Positions 21,801-30,242 of a stretch of DNA of 64,000 nt are shown here, in pieces (the first letter of the stretch is position 1; each line of letters opens with the position of its first letter). Source of the stretch: Candidatus Kapaibacterium sp. (GTDB lineage: Bacteria > Bacteroidota > Ignavibacteria > Kapaibacteriales > UBA2268); the NCBI GenBank assembly GCA_963665665.1, contig OY762428.1:384001-448000 (forward strand), given 5' to 3'. The notes beneath the pieces were generated by a model that was not told the origin of the DNA, did no database searches, and worked only from the letters and a program-made list of their open reading frames with translations. A program made the position numbers and the translations under genes.

Positions 21801-22413
21801 TAGGTTTGTACTTTGCTTTCTTGGCCTGTTCTATCAGCCCGATATTTCCCTCGGTACCGAAAAAGGCTCTGTTATAATCCGTTCCCCCGAGAGCACTTAT
21901 CTGGTTAATTGAACTTTTTAATTCCTGCTTATCCGTAGAAAAATCATGAACTAACTGGGGATTTTTATAAGTCCCTGCGCTGAAAGCCATTATTGCACAC
22001 TCCGACCTGTTCCCCGGAAGTTTATCAACCCAGCTTCTGGCAGCCTGTTTGGCAAAATCCATCCTCAACAAACTGCTGTTATCATCCGGGTCTATCCTGA
22101 AATTCTGCATAGACTGAGATTTATCAATAAGAAGTATCAGAGAGAATTTTGATATATTTTCCTCGCAGACTATTGTTTCTGCATTTGTAATATCGCATGA
22201 ACCGTCAGTAATAGTAAAATCCACAGAGGGATCGAAATTCCTCAGTGCTTTGCCATTGCTTCCGGTAATATACAATTCACCCTTCATTATGGGATAATTC
22301 GAAGCATCAACACCAACTATTCTTATTTGCTGGGCCTGCAGAAACATAGGAATTAAAAGAAAAAACCATAAAGCCGTTTTTAATATCTTGTAATTATTCA
22401 TATTCCTTCTCAC
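18832..22413 (-). CDS. Large T9SS-secreted protein: VWA domain, ASH/Ig-like repeats, cohesin-like domains, T9SS CTD
   Basis: Signal peptide; MIDAS DKSQS...GGT...FLTDG; repeated 'L.N.G...L.I..I' Ig-like units; C-terminal VLPNP...DILGN...STGSYII...FNIIK. Confidence 0.85.
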   Translation of the reverse strand: MRRNMNNYKILKTALWFFLLIPMFLQAQQIRIVGVDASNYPIMKGELYITGSNGKALRNFDPSVDFTITDGSCDITNAETIVCEENISKFSLILLIDKSQSMQNFRIDPDDNSSLLRMDFAKQAARSWVDKLPGNRSECAIMAFSAGTYKNPQLVHDFSTDKQELKSSINQISALGGTDYNRAFFGTEGNIGLIEQAKKAKYKPIIIFLTDGEHKEVTYGPFKSGEVQDSLLSINATFYALTMGVIEGGSIEQLGAIAGSSGGEVFPDFKGEEQVQDIYDYILDNIDPDDYPAPCEIEWTSCCDGGDLHIRLNPPLGPADDYFEYTIPETVKPALIIQNANHEFLNIDPGTPGYSEIVLEFKAINNPVVLDGFSSNDGRFGIESGLGGTMQPGDVRDVRLRYTPNDSLCHQAAIMLETNACSGTIINPSAGYIYHSVADLGSTPLNVSLTKNFTGIFCNHSCNKIKITDYYIQGSDATYFHITDGIYRGMEIEAGQCVDFEYYFVPDETRSYEAEILIKTDKISVIGQLKAMGKGRANIESVASVEFDNLNCRDTLTSTKIALKNSGLGPLEINNIEITGSNPEYFYFDTLAYPVTIDPDTETELTLYFKGYMAGAKSASLKISNNSENAADFQIPLNGFIDDIKISSDLDTLDFGFNCPGKTITKSITITNDGSIAADLSIPSVGGFTPDNSDITIDWGSSGELSIYVNYPNAGSYTEILQITDTLCNSITEVVLNVDVYQPEFADRDYIFTTDLGTPKDQTIYLVNETPLDISISSLADLQPDNSQFTVLSFSANTIPAFDSISVEIRYNPDDPSSVTSYLIINAEPCSVSDGNSIRLIGNPGAALAEISTGEYSQVSGGTIDVEIELDDLSFIEYSGSASLSSVLSYDTDLLEPVGFSNTGMIDLAGLPIDVNEDNQIVATVVFNVLHSETKNECDLTFSSTSSDNGKISFVETGGKFTYLRSQAIIAAPEEIIASAGDYIEFELFLKNTVNVVPAIHKSISAELKFDATLLKPVGNTPTGYVDSEGMRIIQLSDISLSEWVENNPVESFSFRAMLGRKAETELIIHNATAENGFIKFDTSGGKFILTDICIEGDNPRFIDPWGNTTTIRVLPNPVNETSDLIIDLLEEGQTEIFVTDILGNRIKTLFKGHTDSKGMEFQLHSSEYSTGSYIIIMKTPGDIYSRVFNIIK

Positions 22414-22467
22414 ATCAAATCACGTTCATCTAAGATTAAAAACAGTTAGCTGAACTGTTTGTCACAA

Positions 22468-24006
22468 CTACTTAATAAATTTTATATAATAAACATATTG
22501 TCCCCGGCTTACCATCGCAAAATAGACCGAATTTCCGAGCCGTGAAATATCAACACAAATAATATTACCTGAATCAATAATATCATTGGATGTTATCATA
22601 CTTTTTCCGTTCATATCATAAATTTGCCTGAGAATAATACCAGTTTCCTGGTTTTTATTAATATACAAGCTCTCGTTTCTTAAATAAAAAGAAATATCAG
22701 CTAATTCGTTTTCTTTTGCTTCGAGTATGCTACTATGGTAAAAAGTAAAGCCTGTACAGAGATTCCCAATAAAATCAAATGTTGCATCAGTATTATGTAC
22801 TCCGTCGGGAGTGAAAATTATTTCAAAGGAGTATGTATCCCCAACATCAAGTTCAAGTGGCAGGTCATCTTCAAGCCCTGGAGCAGAGAACTGATCGTTA
22901 TCAATATCCAATGATTCGATTCTCACCGGGCTGAACCTGGCTTCGATAGTAATAGTAGTATCGTAGTTTTGTCCGGATTCGTAGTTTTCGAAAGTGAAAA
23001 GTTCCGGAGCAATTTTTAAGGCTGGTTGTATCCAGTGAGGCACATCAATAATAAATGAAGAAGCAGCCTGAGTTTTTCCGCTATAAACTAATTTCCCGTT
23101 ATCGCTGCTACAATCACCATCCCACTGAACCATTAAAGGATCGGCATATCCATAATACCAGTTATCAAGAATTATTTCATTGAATTCATACCTGAGAGAA
23201 TTGTAATCACTTATTCCATAAATATTGCGGCTGTTATTGCCAGCCTCATCAGCAATATAATCAAGGGTTGCCCTGGTCAAAGAATCCGGTTCAAAAGCAC
23301 ATAAAGAATAAAAAAGAGAATAATTTTTAACAAATTTCCCGATAATTTCACCTATTTCAGGTATCCCGCTATGGTTCAATTCATGGTTTCCTCCAAGCAG
23401 CATGATAACTGCCGGCTGATATTTCGCGCTGTCCATCAGGTCGGCAGGAGCAGGGTCTCCCCATCTGTCTCCAAGGAAAGCGGAATTCAGGTCAATTCCA
23501 CCAGCAAAAGGAATACTATCCAGACAGCTTCGGAGTGAATCCTTATCAGTTGTAAAACCGGCCCTGATCTCTGAAAAATGAGAAAACACAGTGATTGCAC
23601 ATTCGGTTCTATTTATTTTCAGGCTGTCGATAAACTGTCTGACAACGTTAATAAATGCCTCGCTTTTTGTATAATTTTCATCACCTGGAAAATCCTGGTA
23701 GCCGGAAGCAAGTGAACGGTCGATCAAAAGAAGATAAGAGTATTTTGATATACTTTCAGGAGCATGGAAATCGGTAATTGTACTTGATTCTCCATTTATT
23801 TCAAGAGAAAAATCGTCCATTTTTATTCTGCGCAACTCATTACCATCATCATCGAAAAGACGAAAGTAATACTGCATATCAGGATAATTATAAACCTGCA
23901 GCATACTACTGTCAATTGAACCGGAAGTTAAATTCAAAGGGAGAAACAAGCTGAGAATTATCAGGTTGTACATTATTTTTGATTTATAATTCATATTGTT
24001 TTTCAA
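22468..24006 (-). CDS. T9SS-secreted VWA-domain protein, shorter paralog of the neighbour
   Basis: Collinear similarity with 18832..22413 (ISKYSYLLLIDRS vs ISKFSLILLIDKS; RTECAI vs RSECAI; AKYQP vs AKYKP); CTD IYDMNGK...YIKFIK. Confidence 0.82.
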   Translation of the reverse strand: MKNNMNYKSKIMYNLIILSLFLPLNLTSGSIDSSMLQVYNYPDMQYYFRLFDDDGNELRRIKMDDFSLEINGESSTITDFHAPESISKYSYLLLIDRSLASGYQDFPGDENYTKSEAFINVVRQFIDSLKINRTECAITVFSHFSEIRAGFTTDKDSLRSCLDSIPFAGGIDLNSAFLGDRWGDPAPADLMDSAKYQPAVIMLLGGNHELNHSGIPEIGEIIGKFVKNYSLFYSLCAFEPDSLTRATLDYIADEAGNNSRNIYGISDYNSLRYEFNEIILDNWYYGYADPLMVQWDGDCSSDNGKLVYSGKTQAASSFIIDVPHWIQPALKIAPELFTFENYESGQNYDTTITIEARFSPVRIESLDIDNDQFSAPGLEDDLPLELDVGDTYSFEIIFTPDGVHNTDATFDFIGNLCTGFTFYHSSILEAKENELADISFYLRNESLYINKNQETGIILRQIYDMNGKSMITSNDIIDSGNIICVDISRLGNSVYFAMVSRGQYVYYIKFIK

Positions 24007-24021
24007 TTAATTTAAGATACA

Positions 24022-26049
24022 TCATTTTTGTATTTCAATTTCCACGGTTCTTGAATAGAAACGACCTTCAGGAGTATTGTTATCATATATTATTTTGCTT
24101 TCTCCCACTCCTCTTGCTCTGGACGATCCTACACCAAGAGCAGAAGCAGTTGTTTTTGCTCTTCTCAGTGATAACTTCATATTATAATCTTCGCTTCCGG
24201 TTCTGTCCGAGTAGCCTGTAATCGTAATTCTGGCGCCTTTACTCAGCTTTTTCCTGGCTTCACTAACCAGTCTCATATTTGCAATATCTAACTGATCTTC
24301 ATCAAAATCAAATAAAATCAGAGAGAACTTTTGTATTTCATTTTGAGACGTACTATTTGCCTCGGCCTTTTGCTCAATTGTAACCTGCTGCACCGGAAGT
24401 GTCTGAACAAGAGACTGCCATATTTTTTGATCATTGTCAGTGGTGATAAGAACATAATTGATCGGATGATCAAATTTTAGATTCGAATTAGAAACATCTT
24501 CTTCCTCAATTTTCCAGTCAATAATTGCAGGTGGGTGGCCTTCTCCGGAAAATCCACGAATTTCCTCACCTTTCTGATAAACAATTACTTTCCATTTTTC
24601 GATACCAATGCTGGTATTCACCCTTATCTTGAATCTTATTTGCGGCGGATGTGAAGTTCTGATAGTATCAGTTATTTCCAGATAGGATAAAATATTTTCA
24701 TCATCGGATGTAATTTCCACCCTTCTGTTTTCAGCATTACCGTCCGGGTCCCCTATCTTTGAAGCTTTTCCGGGCAATCCCCTTGCTTTGATATTTATCC
24801 TGCCCGGCTCCAATCCCCAGATATCCTGTAAATAATCCTTTACAGTATTGGCTCTGGATTCAGAAAGTTTAATATTATTTTTTTCCGGCCCGAAATCGCA
24901 ATTGCATCCTGTTAATTCGATTTTTGCATCCGGATTTTCTATCATTCGTTTTCCGACAATATTCAGGATATTCCTGTAAACTTTCATTCGCTCCATCCCG
25001 GAAAGCATAATAAAGTCAAAATTTTCTGCTCCTGTTTTATTCATCAAAGAAAAACGTTCCGGAATTTTTGATGAATTTTCATCGAAAAATACGTAACTAA
25101 GAAGAGGATATACATGCCGCAACAGCACTTCTTCAACTTTGATTACTGAAAAGTCCTGTTCGATACCTTCATCATAGCCAACAGCTGTAATTGATGCGTC
25201 CAGTACCGGTGGCAACGGAGGCTCGGGCATAGGCGCCATTGGTGGCGCTACTGGCGGAACAACCGGTGGCGGTGGCGGAACAAGTTTGCGTGGCGAATAT
25301 TTAACAGCTATTTCACCGCTGATTACATTTGTATTCCAACTCAGGTTCTTTACAACCGGAACAAGCCCGTACTCCAGGTTTATCCCTGGTGTGAAAAATA
25401 ATGTCCGGGAATTATTCATAGGGAAATCATAGCTTATACCTGCCACAATTGAAAAACTTAATTTGTTATGATCAGGTATTTCGCCTGAATACTCATGTCG
25501 TATTTTACTTTTTGTATCAGTAAAAACTGCATAATCAGGAGATAAGATTTTCTCCTTTTGTGTAAAATCTGCCTTTACCACTATTGAGGTATTGAATCCA
25601 AGGCGAAACCTAAACCTGTCTGAAAACCTATAATTGAATAAAGGAGATATTCCTATTGTATTGATCCTGGCATCCAAACTGTGCTCAATACGTCCGGCAA
25701 TTGTCCCGCCGGTATTAGGATTTAATATTTCTGCAATATCCTCCTCGCTGGTAAGCAAGCCGCTTAAATCCCCGTATAAAATTCTGGTATCTATTTCCCA
25801 CTTGCCCGATAAAGGTATAATAAAGAAAAATCCACCTGCAAGATGAAGCCCGTTTCCTGATTCAAATTTAAGGCAGCAATTAGGATATGGTTCAAGTTTT
25901 TTAAAATCTGCACTATATATATTCAGGCCCGGATCGCCAAATATGCCGTATGCAAATCTCGACTCATAAGGATAATCAGCATAACGCTGAGCCATAGCGC
26001 CATATATTAGAAATAAAAAAAATAAAGCAAACACCTTCAAAAACTTCAT
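24022..26049 (-). CDS. OmpA-family protein: N-terminal beta-barrel, Pro-rich linker, two OmpA-like peptidoglycan-binding domains
   Basis: VFFDENS...NIKLSESRA...ENRRVEI and ILFDFDED...NMKLSLRRA...GRFYSRTVEI; linker PPPPPVVPPVAPPMAPMPEPPLPP. Confidence 0.88.
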   Translation of the reverse strand: MKFLKVFALFFLFLIYGAMAQRYADYPYESRFAYGIFGDPGLNIYSADFKKLEPYPNCCLKFESGNGLHLAGGFFFIIPLSGKWEIDTRILYGDLSGLLTSEEDIAEILNPNTGGTIAGRIEHSLDARINTIGISPLFNYRFSDRFRFRLGFNTSIVVKADFTQKEKILSPDYAVFTDTKSKIRHEYSGEIPDHNKLSFSIVAGISYDFPMNNSRTLFFTPGINLEYGLVPVVKNLSWNTNVISGEIAVKYSPRKLVPPPPPVVPPVAPPMAPMPEPPLPPVLDASITAVGYDEGIEQDFSVIKVEEVLLRHVYPLLSYVFFDENSSKIPERFSLMNKTGAENFDFIMLSGMERMKVYRNILNIVGKRMIENPDAKIELTGCNCDFGPEKNNIKLSESRANTVKDYLQDIWGLEPGRINIKARGLPGKASKIGDPDGNAENRRVEITSDDENILSYLEITDTIRTSHPPQIRFKIRVNTSIGIEKWKVIVYQKGEEIRGFSGEGHPPAIIDWKIEEEDVSNSNLKFDHPINYVLITTDNDQKIWQSLVQTLPVQQVTIEQKAEANSTSQNEIQKFSLILFDFDEDQLDIANMRLVSEARKKLSKGARITITGYSDRTGSEDYNMKLSLRRAKTTASALGVGSSRARGVGESKIIYDNNTPEGRFYSRTVEIEIQK

Positions 26050-26341
26050 TACAATCTCCGCTCTCTTTCCCGACTAAGTATCTCATAGTATATAACAGGT
26101 AAAATTAGTTTTTTTTTCACTTTTTTAAAAAAAATGTTATATTTTTTTTAAAGGCTCGGGGATAGTCGACAATTCAACCGAAAATATACCACAAATAAGC
26201 AAACTTTAGAGATAGATTCTGCTGCCATCTGAGTTGGTTTTTGCACCCGAATTTATTTTTGAACCGCAGAAGCTAAAATATTTATTATCGCTCGGCTAAT
26301 CAAATTTTGGTCTGCGAATAAATCCTCATCTCAATAAACAA

Positions 26342-27181
26342 TTATTTACAAGATTTACTGCAGCAATTTTCACGCAACTTAAAATATTTCTTAACCGCAT
26401 TAATAAAACTTACAGCAATTGGCCTGGAAAGCGGGTTTGACTGTTCCATTCTTTCAGGATGCCATTGAACAGCCATCATGTATGGTTTCATGCATGGATT
26501 AATCCATTCATAAGCTTCCACCAAACCGTCTATTGATCTCGAAGTCACTTTCAAGCCATCAGCTAACCTTTCAACAGCCTGATGATGATTAGTATTAACT
26601 GTGCCACCTGTTACATTAGAAATTTTATTCAGCATCGAGCCTTCAGCAACAGCAACTTCATGGAAACAATCGGCAGGGTCTTCGCACCTGTGAGTAATGG
26701 TTGTATCAAAATCGGTGGGTATATCCACCACAAGAGTACCGCCAAGATATACATTAAGTATCTGTTCGCCACGACAAATTCCGAGTATTGGCATTTTTGT
26801 CTTGTTTAGGGCGTATTCAATAATTTTGAATTCCAGGGTATCCCTCATATAATCTATCCCGCAACGCACCGAATCAAGAGGATCGCCATATACACCGGGA
26901 GCCACGTCGGGGCCTCCGCTGAGGACAATACCATAGCATTGCTTTAATTCTTCAATTGCCTCATCATATTCCAGGCCGTACAGATTAACATATTCAAATG
27001 AAGGGTCAATTGATTTCAGCCATTGTTCATACTGAACATAATGAGCACTGCCCCAGGATTTTGAAACAGCTATTTTAATTTTATCTTCTTTTCGAAATTC
27101 GCAGGAATAAATTCCCGCTATAAAAATCATTAATAAAAAAACTATTCCGGATTTCGCTTTTGCTGAGGTTTTTTGTTCCAT
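26342..27181 (-). CDS. Peptidase C26 / gamma-glutamyl hydrolase family (class I glutamine amidotransferase), predicted lipoprotein
   Basis: LSGGPDV, LGICRGEQ, NTNHHQAV and VQWHPE catalytic motifs; N-terminal h-region ending IYSC. Confidence 0.88.
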   Translation of the reverse strand: MEQKTSAKAKSGIVFLLMIFIAGIYSCEFRKEDKIKIAVSKSWGSAHYVQYEQWLKSIDPSFEYVNLYGLEYDEAIEELKQCYGIVLSGGPDVAPGVYGDPLDSVRCGIDYMRDTLEFKIIEYALNKTKMPILGICRGEQILNVYLGGTLVVDIPTDFDTTITHRCEDPADCFHEVAVAEGSMLNKISNVTGGTVNTNHHQAVERLADGLKVTSRSIDGLVEAYEWINPCMKPYMMAVQWHPERMEQSNPLSRPIAVSFINAVKKYFKLRENCCSKSCK

Positions 27182-28323
27182 GTTTTCCTGTTATTTTTAT
27201 TATATTTTCTCTTTGGATTATCGGATTTGTAATTCCGGTTTTTATTTCCTGACGATTGTTTATTTTTATCGTAATTTGTTTTTTTTGGAAGAACTTTCCT
27301 GGGTTTTGTATTTAATACTTTTCTTAATTTCCCACCCAGAGGCTTAAAGTTCTTAACAATTTTCAAATATATCGGAATAACAGCTATTTCAATATTTGCT
27401 GTTTCAAAATACTCTTTGAATTTCTGAAGTTTCCCTGCATCTTTTTCGGTAGTTATCAGCCTGTAACAATTATGCTCTTTGCACTTTTCTTCAAGCATTG
27501 TCATGTCATTTAAAGTATAGTCATGATGGTCATCAAGCCGAATATTATCCAGGACATTGTATTTCAATTTATTGAGCATAGTTTCGAACCTTTCGGGCCT
27601 TGCTATACCCGAAATACTTATAACGCCGCCCCTGAAGGAGCTTTCGGTATCATGATCATATTGCTTATCGCTGTTAATCATGTATGGCCTTGCAGCTTTT
27701 CCGCTGGCCCTGATAACTATTTGCCTGTCACTGATAAACGGTTTGATCTCGTCTGTTATCCTTGTACTTCCCATCAAACAAATAATATCCGCTCTTTCAA
27801 TACTGTTCAGTGGCTCTCTTAGCCTGCCCTTGGGTATAAGGTCAGGATTGTCAAGTGTATCCTGGTCAAGAAGCAGAATATCAATATCACGATGAAGCCT
27901 CCTATGCTGGAAACCATCATCGATTATAATACAATCGATATCAAACTTATCGGAAGCCATAACGGCAGCATCAGATTTTGACTTAGCTGAAATTACAGGA
28001 ACTTTGAACTTTCCGGCAAGCATATACATCTCATCGCCCGCATCATCAACATTCAGCAGTATCTCCTTGCCATCGGAAACAATCACATCGCCCTTGCTTT
28101 TTCTTTTATACCCTTTTCCTATGATGGCTGGCTTATGGCCATACTGCAATAAAATTTTCATAAGGAATTCCACGAAGGGGGTTTTACCTGTTCCCCCGGC
28201 GCTAAGGTTGCCAACACTGATAACTGGAACGGAGGCTTTGATTATTTCCTTGCTTTCCTTATCAAACCCGGTGTTTCTCTTTGCCACAAATTTCTGATAA
28301 ATCTTTGATAATAATCCTATCAT
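27142..28323 (-). CDS. lpxK: Tetraacyldisaccharide 4'-kinase
   Basis: VISVGNLSAGGTGKTP, GDE, DDGFQH, GRLREP, DHH and TTEKD motifs. Confidence 0.95.
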   Translation of the reverse strand: MIGLLSKIYQKFVAKRNTGFDKESKEIIKASVPVISVGNLSAGGTGKTPFVEFLMKILLQYGHKPAIIGKGYKRKSKGDVIVSDGKEILLNVDDAGDEMYMLAGKFKVPVISAKSKSDAAVMASDKFDIDCIIIDDGFQHRRLHRDIDILLLDQDTLDNPDLIPKGRLREPLNSIERADIICLMGSTRITDEIKPFISDRQIVIRASGKAARPYMINSDKQYDHDTESSFRGGVISISGIARPERFETMLNKLKYNVLDNIRLDDHHDYTLNDMTMLEEKCKEHNCYRLITTEKDAGKLQKFKEYFETANIEIAVIPIYLKIVKNFKPLGGKLRKVLNTKPRKVLPKKTNYDKNKQSSGNKNRNYKSDNPKRKYNKNNRKTWNKKPQQKRNPE

Positions 28324-28350
28324 CCGGTTTTAGCCTTTTATTCAAAAAAA

Positions 28351-28947
28351 TTAGTATAGTCTGTTTAACTCACTTTCACATTTACAAATATAAGAATTTA
28401 TTTGTTCTTTGTCAGCATCTGCTGGTATAATAATTCCATCAGGCATAAACAAATCTATTTTCGAAAATGGAAGCGGCAACATAAAATGATCCCAACTTTT
28501 GCCGAAAATCTTAGCATTTCTAATTCTAACACCACAAAGATACAGGGGAACAGAAGCCCTTTGGGCAGTAATTACCGCTCCTGCCTTGAATTTCCTTTCA
28601 GGGCCTCTTGGGCCGTCGGGAGTTATCAGAAAAAGCCTGTCCCCGCTAAGAAGAGTCATTTCCCGAAGTGCTTCCCTGCCACGCTTATGAGATGATCCCC
28701 TGACAACATTATAGCCCCATTTTTCAAGTAATTCCGTCAGTATCTGTCCGTCTTTGCTTGAACTTATTAACGCTCCCGGTTTTCTTTTCGAGAAATATTT
28801 CCAAACAGGCATCATATAGCCATGCCAAAAGGCTATTACACCTTTTTCTTTTGGCATTTCACCGGAAATTCTGATTCTCCACGTTGCAGCAAGTAACCTT
28901 AAAAGAAATACGGCAACCCGATATTTAAATGACAGCCTGATCGTCAT
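28351..28947 (-). CDS. DUF374 / LpxJ-like lysophospholipid acyltransferase family protein
   Basis: AFWHG, SSSKDG, VRGSS, ITPDGPRGP and SWDHFMLPLPFS motifs; lies between lpxB and lpxK. Confidence 0.85.
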   Translation of the reverse strand: MTIRLSFKYRVAVFLLRLLAATWRIRISGEMPKEKGVIAFWHGYMMPVWKYFSKRKPGALISSSKDGQILTELLEKWGYNVVRGSSHKRGREALREMTLLSGDRLFLITPDGPRGPERKFKAGAVITAQRASVPLYLCGVRIRNAKIFGKSWDHFMLPLPFSKIDLFMPDGIIIPADADKEQINSYICKCESELNRLY

Positions 28948-30053
28948 AACAAGTAATCCTTAGTACAAATTTTTGCCGCATTTTCCGATGCTCCTTTTTT
29001 TCCGAGAATTTCCCTTATTTTTTTAAATTTTAATATCTGATTGTTAGCATAATCACCATCAACAGCCAGCTTAACTATCTCAGATGAAATATTTTCCGGC
29101 CTGGCATCTCTTTGAACAAATTCTTTAACAACAAACTCTTTCATCAATATGTTTGCCAACGATATATATTCAAGGTTTATCAATTTTTTACCCATAAAAT
29201 AAGTTAATGCCGAAGCATGATAAAACATAGAATAGGGCATCAGGCACAATGCAGCTTCAAGAGTAGATGTTCCTGTTTTTACAAGCCCGGCCCGACTAAG
29301 TTTCATCAATTCTATTGAATCCGACATCAAGTTCCATCCAGATTCATCAGGACAAATATTTTTATAAAGACTGATATCAACAGATTCAGGCCTGGCAATA
29401 CATATTTCAAATTCAGGCAGTTCCTTTTCAACCAGGATAGCTGTTTCGCGAATTAATCTGCCATGCCTTTTTATTTCCTGGATCCTGCTTCCGGGCAAAA
29501 AAGCAATAATATTTTTTTTATCTGCCGGATCAACTTCATCAAACATAGAATTATCAAGCAGAGGATGGCCAACAAATGTGGTGTTTATTCCGAAGGAGGA
29601 AAAATACTCTTCCTCGAAAGGGAATAATACAAGCAATCGGTCACAAACTCGGGCAAGTTTTTTTGCCCGGTCTTTCCCCCATGCCCATAGCTGAGGAGCA
29701 ATATAATATACAACAGGTACTTTAGCTTTTTTTGCATTAGCAGCAAGGCGCATATTAAAGCCCGGATAATCAATAGGTATGAACAGATCAATATCACCGG
29801 AAGAAATTATTTCAGAACATTTATTTAATACTTCTTTAAAAAACCTGTATTTCTTTGCTACCTCCCAGAAACCAACAACTGAAAGATCAGATATCGGGAT
29901 AATTGACCGAAGGCCTTCAGCCTCCATCCTGTTACCGCCAAGTCCGACAAACTCAATTTCAGGATATATTTTTTTAATTTCGGCCATAAGCCTTGCTGCA
30001 TGTAAATCGCCTGAAGGCTCTCCGGCTGATATAAATATTCTCTTCTTATTCAA
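28944..30053 (-). CDS. lpxB: Lipid-A-disaccharide synthase
   Basis: SAGEPSGDLH, IDYPGFN, APQLWAW, LFPFE, FVGHPL and LPGSR motifs. Confidence 0.96.
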   Translation of the reverse strand: MNKKRIFISAGEPSGDLHAARLMAEIKKIYPEIEFVGLGGNRMEAEGLRSIIPISDLSVVGFWEVAKKYRFFKEVLNKCSEIISSGDIDLFIPIDYPGFNMRLAANAKKAKVPVVYYIAPQLWAWGKDRAKKLARVCDRLLVLFPFEEEYFSSFGINTTFVGHPLLDNSMFDEVDPADKKNIIAFLPGSRIQEIKRHGRLIRETAILVEKELPEFEICIARPESVDISLYKNICPDESGWNLMSDSIELMKLSRAGLVKTGTSTLEAALCLMPYSMFYHASALTYFMGKKLINLEYISLANILMKEFVVKEFVQRDARPENISSEIVKLAVDGDYANNQILKFKKIREILGKKGASENAAKICTKDYLL

Positions 30054-30081
30054 CTCAATCCTTTGATCAATAATATTTGTA

Positions 30082-30089
30082 CAAATATA
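30082..30089 (-). promoter_or_regulatory. Bacteroidota-type -7 promoter element (TAnnTTTG) for the lpxB operon
   Basis: TATATTTG on the minus strand about 30 nt before the start; the same motif precedes several other transcription units. Confidence 0.55.
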
Positions 30090-30242
30090 ATTATCTTTAA
30101 TTGAAATTCAACTGCCATAATATTATCAGCTTAATTTTTCATTTTTGCAGGAAAAAAAACAGAACAGGATCATTTTTTTGTTGATTTTTTTGAAATAAAT
30201 GTTTATTATTACAGTTGCTGTTGAAAAAATAACGGATTTTAG

